NCBI GenBank assembly: GCA_010909165.1
Contig: MU008150.1
Coordinates: 62,001-126,000 of the forward strand
Reading direction: 5' to 3'
Origin: Anthoceros angustus
Lineage: Eukaryota; Plantae; Anthocerotophyta
Length of the DNA stretch: 64,000 nt
The first letter of the stretch is position 1. Every line of letters starts with the position of its first letter. The notes beneath the pieces are model-generated. The model was not told the origin of the DNA. It saw nothing but the letters and a program-made list of their open reading frames with translations, and did not search any database. The translations under genes and the position numbers were made by a program. Positions 26,132-36,736 of the stretch are shown here, piece after piece.

Positions 26132-26249
26132 CGTCACGCCTGCCCGATCGTCTTCGACACTGCACGCCCTTGCTAAGCTCGCTCGATCGACAATGCGATA
26201 GATCTCTCTGTGGGTCTGATCGGGGACTGCATTGGCCTGCTGGCTGCCC

Positions 26250-26690
26250 GCGTTTTATATTAATCCCGCGCCCGGCCCTTGGCGGTCCGATAAGCCCTCC
26301 TGCACAGCTTGCCCGTACAGGATAGGATAAGAGGTGGAGCTGGTATGTCTGTACCCAGAGTTGACCAGTCTGGGGAAATATAGGCAGGTGGGCGTAGCTT
26401 ATCGTGCCAGGTGACGCGTACTAGCTTCCAACCAACTGCCTGGGACTGTGGCTGCCGACATAGCTCCTCGCTCCTCTTCTTCATCACATGGACTGATTTC
26501 CAGCATGTGGAACAGCGCTAGCGCTGTGTGAACTTGACTCATTCTGGCCAAGCAAGTTGCCAGCTGGGTACAGTACTAGTACATGTGTGCAGACATCTGC
26601 CATTGCCAGCTACAATCCGTGGTGTGGCCTAGGGCCTAGGCCTGGACAAGAAATCCACGTTTAGAAAGACCAATGTTGACCGACTTTGCC
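26250..26690 (-). promoter_or_regulatory. Promoter of STIG1-like copy A: TATA, 3x GATAAG, TGACG, 3x W-box
   Basis: TATAAA (minus strand) at 26254-26259. GATAAG at 26289, 26326 and 26398 (reverse). TTGACY at 26361, 26534 and 26676. All are retained in the diverged copy-B promoter. Confidence 0.55.
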
Positions 26691-26820
26691 CGACTCAATG
26701 ATCAGCATGCCTGGACTAGCGTGCGATACGTTTGTAAGTACCAGCTCATCTTCACACGCCGTGTCTGAAAGTCGGAAAAATATGTGCATGCTAGCTGGAT
26801 CTATGTACATACATATGTAT

Positions 26821-26959
26821 CAACGCGGACACTTGGTCCGAGTGGAAAGCCGCTGGAAACTTATAGCCAACGCGGACACTTGGTCCGAGTGGAAAGCCGC
26901 TGGAAACTTATAGCCAACGCGGACACTTGGTCCGAGTGGAAAGCCGCTGGAAACTTATA
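26821..26959. repeat. Perfect 47-bp tandem repeat x3
   Basis: CAACGCGGACACTTGGTCCGAGTGGAAAGCCGCTGGAAACTTATAGC starts at 26821, 26868 and 26915. Confidence 0.97.
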
Positions 26960-27053
26960 CCATTCCAAGACACGCATTCTAGACAAGGCGAGTTGGAAAA
27001 GCGAGTCCACATAGAAAAGCCGCACTTACATCCATTTGATTTAAGTCAAGGTT

Positions 27054-30000
27054 GTGCTTACTAGCAGCAAGTGCAAGCAATATCCTATTACGAGCCGTGA
27101 CATGGTCGTCTTGGTGGAAACCCATGAGCACCATACCCGCTTTATGCCTTCTTTTCTAGGTTTTCAATGTCTTTCCTCTTTCCGACATCATGTCTCCAGT
27201 AACTTGGACAAGGCTTTTGGAGGTATCGTCCGTGAGGACGTCCTTGGCTGCCTTTATCTCTCTGGTCAGGATTGATGCGCAAAGCACCGTTCTATGGGTC
27301 AAGACTTCCACCTCCCTTCTATCTTCAGTGCGTGACCTTTTTGTGGGTGTTTGTTATTTTCCTCCCCGGTCCTCTAGATATGCTGCAAACGGTGTCGACC
27401 CATAGGTCGACCTCTCCGAATATGTGTCTGAGTTTTCTTCTACTGCCGACATTCTCGTTGTTGGCAATTTTAACGCTTGGACTAGTTGCCAGCGGGATTC
27501 TGTTTATGATTCTATGGACTCTGACAAATTATTCCGCTGGACCCGCAGGATTTTTGGGCTAACATGTTTTCTGATGACACCCATGATGTCAACACCTATG
27601 GCTCTGCCTTATTACAGCTTGCTGAGGCTCACAATCTCCTCATCTTCAACGGCCTACCACCCTGGCCGGACAATTGCAAAAATTCTTTCTTCTCCGGCGA
27701 TGGTCATACTTTTAGCAGGCTGGATTATATTATTGGAGATGCTCAACTTCTTTCCCGCATCTCTAACCTACGGACTAATGACGATGTCCGCATTGAATCT
27801 GACCATGGAGCTGATTGCTTTCAGCTGTGCCTTGCCTCCCTCTGCACCTCCCTCTCCCCCACTCTTTATCACCACCCGCTTCCACCTTTCCCATGTACAA
27901 GCCTCTCAATATTCCCGCCTGCTCAAAGCCTCCTTCGCCTCCATTTCGCAGGACCTTCCCTTCCTCTCTATGGCCTCCAGCTCGGCTATTCTTTCCACTG
28001 CCAGGTCTGCCTTTCCATTCAAATTCAACCTCCCTCCTTCCCTTAAAAATATTGCTCCCTGCCATCCCTGGTTTGATGCCGATTGTAAACACATGCGCTC
28101 CCAATTGCACGAGATCCTCCGCCAACTCCAACTTCCACTCAATAAAGCTACTATAAAGCCTTACAAGACCTTCTTCTTCATGAAAAAGGCTCAATTCTTC
28201 CAAACCGAACACAACCATCTGAGCTCCCTCTTGCAAATGTCTCCTGGTGGCTCCGTCTTCTGGAAGGAATTCCACTCTAGGTCCCACGTTCTCCTCAAAG
28301 CTAATTCCGATCTTCTTTCCTTTGTTGATGGACTTTGGTACAATATCCCCTCTGCTATCCCCGCTCCTAAGTCCTCTGATCGTGGTCTAAGGTTTTTTTC
28401 GCCAAACCTCGTGGCCAGAGCCATAAAGAAGCTTCGGATCGGGACTACTATGGATCCTGCTGGCATCCCTAGAGACCTCTTTCGTTATGCTGACCTTGTC
28501 TCACTCTCGTCTCACCTTGCTTCCCTTTTCAATGATGCTCTCCCCCATGGATTTCCGGATAGCTGGCGTGAGAATGACATTCATTCAATTTTGAAGGCTG
28601 GTGACCCTTACCCCTCTAACTATCGGTTTATCATTGTGGAGTCCATTTATGCCAAGATTTATAGCTCTTGTCTGGAGATTCGCACCACTTCTTGGGCGAG
28701 GCTACTGCGTGCTCGAGTCGTTGGTTTTGCCTCACGAATACTATGGACAACAACTTTACTCTCAGGGCTATTCTTGACGAGGCGCGGCCTCTAAAGACAC
28801 ATGTCTATTGTTGTTTTGTAGACTTCAAGAGAGCATTCAACTTTGTGCCTTGGGACAAGCCCTTTAACAGGTTGAAGTCTTCGAAGATGCCTCCACACCT
28901 CTGGCATGCTGCTACTCTTTTGTATTCTCGTGTCTTAGCTCGTATCCAGACTCCCCCTACCTTGGCTGCTCACCAGATTCTCATCCAGCTTGGCATCTGA
29001 GAGGGTGACCCATTATTTCCTAATCTCTTTGGTTTCTATATTGATGAGCTTGAGGAGTGGCTTCTTGCTATAGGTGACAGCTAGCGGTGCCCGTTTGTTC
29101 CTTAATGGTATTCCTATCCTGCCTTATGTTGATAATTGTCCGTTTCTCCTACACCACTGAAGGTTTGCAATGACAACTTAATGTGCTCTCTCACTTCTGC
29201 ATTGCCAAGGGTCTTTCTGTTAATCTTCGCAAGACAAAGATCATTAGGTTCAATTTTAGGGACTACAATGACGTGGGTAAATTCCACTATCAAGGAGAAG
29301 AGGTGGAAATGGTTCACTCTTATACTTACCTTGGAGTCACGATTTTTGGCCCCATGTTTGGTTGGACAACTTCTGCTTCCTCTCGTGCTACTAAGGGTAT
29401 CACCTCGGCGTGTGCTCTCAAACGCTCCTTATATAGGATGCATATTCAAGATATCAACCTCCGTAAGCACCTATAACACGATATCTTTCGAAGGGGGTGA
29501 ATATCCGAACCCCCTTCTGTGACATGGAAACCCTCTTAGCACATTCCACACAGTCCCGAAATATGCGTTTTGCCTCGTTTTCAAGAAAGGTCGACCGTTT
29601 CCAACGAGTAGTTATCATGAAAACCCGTTTCCAACACAAAGACAACAAATCAAGCAAGGCGCGGCCGGCGGCGCCTTCACTGTTTTGAGGAAGAGGGAAA
29701 AATGAGATCATCAATTGCCTCACTACAACGGGTCCAAAAGTTATTACGAACACAGAGAAGAAGCACATCTAGGTGCCTACAGAACCGTAAACCTACTTTC
29801 TATGACTAACTTGTGACTCATCGGGTGCTAGAGCGGACCCGAATCCATCACGATGACCAAATTTCGAATCCGCTCCAGTTCCCGTTCATCAAAGCTATCG
29901 TTCTCGCCCAAAGCCCTTGAGTCTTCGTTCAGTCCTCCCGGTTTGGTCTTGACCGAGCATTCAAGAAACCACCTGCGCTTTCAAAGAGTCCTTCTCGTTG

Positions 30001-32870
30001 ATACACACCTCCTTTGCCCAGTGCAAGCCCTCTGCGGTGGGCCTCTAATGTCAATTCTTCACAAGATCCGCAAAACCTCATACCCATGGATCCGTTGTGG
30101 AATATATCCCGCACACCTCAAGTCACCAATAGAGGGCATGCTAGCGCCTTAAATGGCCGTGCCCATGCGCCCATAAAATCAACAAGAAGTTTTTCATGCC
30201 TCTACAGACTCGAACCCATGACCTATTCACACACATTGTTTCCAAACCACTTGAGTAACTATCCTAGGTTGAAACACATTAGAAGCACTAATTATTTATT
30301 TTATCAATGGCAGCCCATGTACAAGGCTTGTTAGAAGGCGGCCGGCGCGCCATGTACAACTTGTTGGGGAAGGCGGCCGGCCGGCGCCATGTACAAGGCT
30401 TGTTGGGGAAGAGGCGGTCGGCCGTTCTCTTTATGGATGTGTATATTGAAACTCCTCTCATGCCATGGTTGCACACATTTTCAAAAACACCTATGGACCT
30501 ATTTTCATTCATTCATTCGTACTGTACTATGTGCAGCTTCGTTCTCGAAGAATATATGGGCATGTTCAGGTACCCGCCAAAACGTGAAGCATAGCATTAC
30601 TTTGAGACTGTCGTAGAAATAGACTGTCGTGTAAGTAGAGGTTTTTGTTCACCAAACGGTCATCCTCTATTATGAGTTCAACTTGACGGCGGAAACATTT
30701 GTACGCTGTGGATAAGAAGGCAATCAAGAATAACTTAATTGAATTGCGAGGCTTTATTCAACCAGCGAGTCAAAGTGCCACCGAGGATAGTGAAGATGAT
30801 GGTCATGATGTCGTGCCCAACGAAGATGATGGCGTGGAGTCTGGCGAAGAGTAGGAAACCCTCTGAATGTTAGGTCATCTTCAACGGGCAATTGGTGAGG
30901 TTATGCGTGAAGCTCAATTCCTGTAGTTTGGAGTGCACATTTCCAAGCGTAGTACATATTTCTGAAAAGAGTCTAGGCCCTTGATAGGAATTTGGTTGTG
31001 GCTGTTGTAGACTTCCCATGCTTAATAACTTCCAATGTTCAAGCCTTTTTCCATTACATGCGGAAGGACATGTGGGGAGTGTGGTGGTAGTTGCGCGCTC
31101 GGCATTGCGGCATACTAACAGGCAACACACGATGAGCCCTGCGGGCATGTTTTTCATGCGATATGTTGGCGGGAACCAGTTGCCCCACACTTTTCTTCAT
31201 TCATCGATTGCAGTCTGTGGGACTGAACCATGTGATTATATTTGCGGGCACAATTGAGGGTGTGCAGAAGCCACCCACCCACCCCACACCCAAAGTCTTT
31301 TTGTACACACATCCCGCTATGGGCCTGCTACTCTCCGCCTTTCGCAAGGCATCATCGCAATGCCAGGAAAAGGGCGCCGGCCGGCCGGCGCCCTACTCCT
31401 CAGACATGCTTTGCTCCCCGGCCATCAGCGGGTTCGCCTCTCATCCAATTTTGATCACCGTGCTTTTTACGAATCTTTAGGGTTGTTGTGCGAGAAAGAC
31501 CCGCAGTGACCGGCAGCAATGGCCCTTGTCATGGGTCTTAAATGCACCCCAAATAGGGTTACCTCTTGCACCATAACCCTTCGTTGGCATGAAATGGACT
31601 TGTATCACTGGTTCACAGGAATTTCCACCCTTCTTTTCTGCCTTACATTCATTCATACCTCAAAAACCACCAGTTCAAGACCCATGTCAAACCCCCTTCA
31701 GGAGATATATTTCAGAAAACCCCCTTCGTGAATATTCACCCCCTTCAAAAGATATCGTGTTCTATTCAACTCTCTAGTTATCCCGTCTACTACGTATGGT
31801 GCAGAACTCTAGGGCCCTGATCTCATGCCTTCTTCTTGGCCTAAGGTGGAAAAAGTACAGGTTTCTTTCCTTCGTGCTCACATCGCCTATAAGCACTCTA
31901 CCTCTCTTCATGTCCTTCTCCCTGAATTTGCCGCCTTTCCCTTAGAACTTGATGGTCTCTTCCGTCTATCCTCTTTCTTTTACTGTCTCCACCGTCTTGA
32001 CCAACAAAACCCTCACCTCCCTCCTTACCTTCTCCTTGCTTTTCGGTCGTCTAGATCTCTCTGGGCTGATGGCTCTATTTCTTGTTGGTATGCCAAAGCC
32101 TCCATGTGGCTGAAGTGATACCACTTTAGTCGTTCTACTGTCCCTGTTTGGCCGCCCTTCAATTACTCGATCTCCCTCCCCTCCACACCCTCCCTCTAAC
32201 CACCTTATACGTAAGGCAATCAAATTTCGATACCTCCGCCTTACTTGGTACCCTATTCCCTCTGCAGGTCCTCTTTCCACCAATCTTCTTCACTATAAGG
32301 AGCACTTTCGTGTCATCTCTCTCCAGAGCTAGAAGCCTCTCTCTAGCTAGCTTCCCGAAACTGCCACATTACCTTAGTTCCTCCATGTCTTTCAAGCTTC
32401 GCTCTTTAACTGGTCATTTTCGTGTCAGCTCCCATCAGCTCCGGGTTGAGACTGACTGCTGGCTAGAGCGTGCCCCTCCTCGGGAAGATCGCATTTACAG
32501 GCTCTGTTCTTGTAATATGGAATGTGAAATGCACTTTCCCTTTTATTGCCCTGCTTTTAACGACATCTCGGCCAAATACTCTATCCCTTTTTAGTGTCCA
32601 GGTTTTTCCCTGCAGTGCTTTTTTTCCTTTCATATTCCTAAGCTCTCTGCTCTATGTCTTTTTGAGATGCTTGATCACGAGCTGTCCTTGGTTGGCTCCC
32701 TGTAACTTTCTTATCAATCCTCCATCTTTTATTTTCCCTGTTTCTATTTCTCTAGTTCAGACGGACATATGTGTACACCTTCCTTCATCTAAGTTACGGC
32801 TGTACAAGTTTTGTCCCATGGTGGTTTTTCCATCCTAATGCACATAAATAAAGTTGTTGTTGGTGTTGTA
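27054..32870 (+). mobile_element. Degenerate RTEX-like LINE (APE endonuclease + RT + C-terminal Zn motif), split by element C
   Basis: DMVVLVETH and ILVVGNFNA (APE); CCFVDFKRAF, EGDPLFPNLF and LPYVDN (RT); GHFRVSSHQLRVET...RLCSCNMECEMHFPFYCPAF. Tail ATAAATAAAGTTGTTGTTG at ~32845-32868. Many stops and frameshifts. Confidence 0.85.
29475..31761. mobile_element. Non-autonomous TIR transposon C (2287 bp), AAC...GTT type
   Basis: 30-bp TIRs AACACGATATCTTT(C/T)GAAGGGGGTGAATAT with one mismatch. TSD CTAT at 29471-29474 and 31762-31765. Excision restores the LINE frame R-K-H-L-F-N-S-L-V-I-P. Confidence 0.92.
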
Positions 32871-32879
32871 ATAGACTGC

Positions 32880-33720
32880 GTCTTTACGATAGGAGAAAAA
32901 GTCTCATTACAATCGACACCCTGCACTTGGGTGAAGCCCCGAGCCACAACCCGTGACTAAAGCCCCGTGCTATTTCTCCTGTTGCATTTAATTTGTGTTT
33001 AAATACCCATTTGCAGCTAACCATTTTTCTACATGGCGACAATGGACATAATTGCCATGTTTTATTTTCATGAGCAATTGGTGAGAGCCTGGCGGAGCAG
33101 TCTGTAAAGAGGCTTGGTAAGGAATTTGTATGTAAGATCTCTAGAGTTATGCACCCTTGGGCTGGATCAGCGCTTGGATGGGGGACCATGTCATGTGGGG
33201 TTCATGAGCTTTATTTTTGTAAAAGACACATAGGGGAGTGTGTGAGAAGATGGAGGCATAGAAAATACAAATGAGGGCTGCAGGCACAGCCCGACGCATG
33301 CGTTATGGAGGCATGGACTGGAAGTTTTTGGGCTTTGTAGGGCAAGTTGCTCTTCTTCTATGGGAGTGTTTAGGGCCAAGGGGATGCAGAGAATGTGGGA
33401 CTTGAGTAGGAGCTTATAAATTGAAGACCAAGGAGCCCTTTTCAGTGAAAACTGATAGGTTCTCAAAAATTGAAGACCAAGGAGCCCTTTTCAGTGAAAA
33501 CTGATAGGTTCTCGAAATCTGTGCAGGCAAGTTGGGCAGGAATCTAGAATCCATGGTGGGGATTAACAACCACAGCAAGGAATTGGAGTTATGGCTGGGC
33601 TGTGACATGGTGGATGGGATTTGGCCACACACTGCAGCAACCACTCAGATCTATGGCTGCAGTTTAGGGATTGGGCCACAAGGGGCAAGCTCCGTTGCTA
33701 TGATTGTCACATGGAGTGCT
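32880..33720 (-). mobile_element. Ty1/Copia remnant (integrase C-terminus to RT N-terminus)
   Basis: ENKTWQLCPL...KMVSCKWVFKHKLNATGEI and GFTQVQGVDCNETFSPIVK (RVT_2 start). Contains an internal ~50-bp tandem duplication at 33420-33515. Confidence 0.75.
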
Positions 33721-34744
33721 ATTTTTAGGCGAAGTGGGAAGCGAGCGAGCTATTTTGTGTGTGTGTCCTTGTCCCTATATGTGCACCATTTCAAGATCCA
33801 TGATACCATCTCTTGGGGGTGCGCACTTTTCCTCATGCCACCAATTTCTCGGATCTTGGTGTGCTTTGGCTTGTATTTGAAAGTGGATTTCTCTATAGAG
33901 AGGGGAGCCCTTAATTAGTATCTTAGCACTGGTTGACTTCTTGGAGGTGTGACCTAGTTAATTTGTCACTTCTTCTTTTCTTCTCTAGACTTCTTCTTTC
34001 TTCTTCACTTCCCCTTTTTTCTCCTTTCTCTTTTTCTCTTTCGCGTCCTTCTGCTTGTTATTTGTACATGATACTTGAAGAGCCAAGCAAGGATGGAGTT
34101 GGAGGAAGCCAAGTGTGAATATGAAGGGTTTTTGAAGGCCAAGGAAACCCCAAGCTTATGAAGCGCATGGTGGTAGGCTGCCACCATCCGTTCTTTTTGC
34201 ACAGTGCGTGCACAAGTTTTCGCGTTCTTTTTGCACAGTGCGTGCACAAGTTTGCGCATAACTTTGTTTAGGCGTGCACTTATGTGCGCCTAGGACCCCC
34301 TGGTATACAAAAACATACAAAACCACACAAAATGCAGAAACTACGAACATGACGAAATTATGGAACAATGAGGTCACTGGCCCTTCATCACACCGACTAA
34401 ATCGCCATGAACACGATTACAATACGTGTAAATGACTCGACAGGAAGTGGTGCAGGAGCCGAGAATGCTCGAAACCGATGGATGAACACCTACAAAAACC
34501 AACAAAAACCAAATCAACTTCAGTTTCCTGCAACATAGGGTTGGGATTTTTTCCAAAACCCCTTTTGACAGGAGAAACCCCTTTCTACACAGACGCTGTT
34601 TAGTCTGGAATGGAAGCTCGCCCGTTGCTGGAAATGGTTGAATAAGGGGAGGCCCTATGTAAATAGAAGCCTGTAATAAGCGGTAGAGTGCAAAGAGGGC
34701 AAGGTCTCTTCTCCACCAGCCATAGGATTTCATGATGTAGAGAT

Positions 34745-35601
34745 GAGTTCAGACTTGATGGTCTCTTCCGTCTCTCCTCTTTCTTTTATCACCTCCACGT
34801 TCTTGACCAACAAAAACCCTCACTTCCCTCCTTGCCTTCTCCTTTCTTTTCGGTTGTCTATATCTCTCTGGGCTGATGGCTCTATTTCTTGTTGGTATGC
34901 CAAGGCCTCCATGTGGTTGAAGCGATATCACTTTAGTCCTTATCTACCCCCCTCCACACTCCCCGTCATTTGTAAGGCAATCAAATTTCAATATCTTGAC
35001 CTTATTTGGTACCCTATTCCCTCTGCAGCGCCTCTTTCCACCAAGTTTCTTTACTATAAGGAGCATTTCCGTGTGATCTCTCTCTAGCTTCCCGAAACTC
35101 CCACGCTACCTTAGTTCCCCCATGTCTTTCAAGTTTTGCTCTTTATCTTGTCAATTTCGTGTTAGCTCCCATCAACTCTGGGTTGAGATTGACTGCTGAC
35201 TACAGCCAGCGTCTCCTCAGGAAGACCGTGTTTGTAGGCTTTGCTCTTGTACTGCGGAATGCGAAATGCACTTTTTATTTTATTACCTTGGTTTTAACGA
35301 CATCCGGGCCAAACATCCTATCCTGTTTTAGTGTGCAGATTTTTCCCTACGGCGCTTTTTTCCCTTTCATATTCTCGAGCTCTCTGCTCTGTGTCTTTCT
35401 AAGATGCTTCATCACATGCTATCCTTGCTTGGCTGTAATTTTCTTGTCTTCCCTCCTCCTTTTATTCTCCCTATTTCTGTCTCTCTACTTCGTACATGCG
35501 TTTGTGTACACCCTCCTTCATCGAATTTATGGCTGTATAAGTTATATGCCATGGTAGTTCTTTCACCCTAGTGGACATAAATAAAGAAGTTGTTGTTGTT
35601 G
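34745..35601 (+). mobile_element. 5'-truncated RTEX-like LINE
   Basis: Homologous to 31950-32870. Ends GTGGACATAAATAAAGAAGTTGTTGTTGTTG. Confidence 0.8.
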
Positions 35602-36309
35602 CTATTCATTCTAGGTTACATGGATTAATTAACTCAAAGTCATAGACGACCAATGCGGAATGTGGAGGTGTTGTGACACGTCGCACTAGTGCCGTAACCA
35701 TCCAATGCGGAATGTGGAGGTGTGGTGACCGCACGAGCGCGCGTGGCGGAGGGGAACGCAGCTCGCGGTTGCCGCTGTAGAAAGCATATGCCTGCTCTTC
35801 TCCTTTGGCGAGCGCACGCGTCACAAGGCGCACCATACTGTACATGTTCCTTGACACCAGCTGTAGCGGGGGCTGCGGGGCCGGGTGGACCCGGTCGGAG
35901 TGGGATCATGATGCAACTGTGAGTGTTTCGTGTCAGGCGTGGTGTTACAAATCCAAGTGCCAGGCTTGACGCGGCCTGGAGGCTAGAACCCTAGCCTGCA
36001 GATCGTGGCCACCAACTTCGAGGAATCGGAATCGGGTCAATGGAATCGGAATCAGAACCCAGGACACAGGAGCAGGCAACAGTACAATCTTGCAGCAACA
36101 AGGAGCGCTGCTGCTTCCCGGCTGTTGCTCACCTCATCAGATTGTCGGACAACAGATAGAACGCTGCGCGCCCGCGCGTGCCGTGGGGTCCCTTGCTAGG
36201 ATGGCCGAGTTGGTCAGGTCTTCGGCGTCAATGGCGTCAGTCTCGGCTACGAGTCCGGATGGTATAGCACGGATTCGAATCCCATTCCCGACATTCCCTC
36301 GCGTGCTAG

Positions 36310-36440
36310 TGCAAGAGCAGTGAGTGCCTCAAGTGCTGCGGTATCTGTTGTTCCGAATTCCAGAATGTGTGTTCTTTCAGGCCAAGTGACTTACGGCAAC
36401 TAGGAGATCTGCCCCTGTTACTCCAACCTCAATCAAACCA
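36310..36440 (+). pseudogene. Snakin/GASA remnant 1
   Basis: CLKCCGICCSEFQ, frameshift, then CVLSGQVTYGN*EICPCYSNL. Homologous to 42050-42165. Confidence 0.65.
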
Positions 36441-36736
36441 CTTCATTGTGAAACAACGCAAGGGCACATTCAGAATGCAGGAATTGAGATTAGCTGATTA
36501 ACTGCCTGCTGTTACACCGCCTCCGCAATGAGATCACCCGCCTAACAGCTGTGAAGGCAATCAATAGATACAATTCTGCACAAAGATGCTAGAAGCCCAC
36601 CACTAAGGTGACGAGTTCAACAAGCTCTCTTGAACCAAGTCACTTATTCACACCAAGACTCCCGATCCGGATGCACGCATTCCACTGCCAACGTCCGGTC
36701 GCGACCAATGCGCCGGATGGCAAACTCCACCATTGC

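Noticed and set aside
26821-26959. CRISPR-like array (also considered for 58075-58305)
   Set aside because: The units are contiguous with no unique spacers, there are no cas genes, and the context is eukaryotic.
33890-34740. Intact LTR/PPT for the Copia remnant
   Set aside because: No paired TG...CA repeats or PBS could be found, and the AG-rich tract at ~33898 is on the wrong strand.
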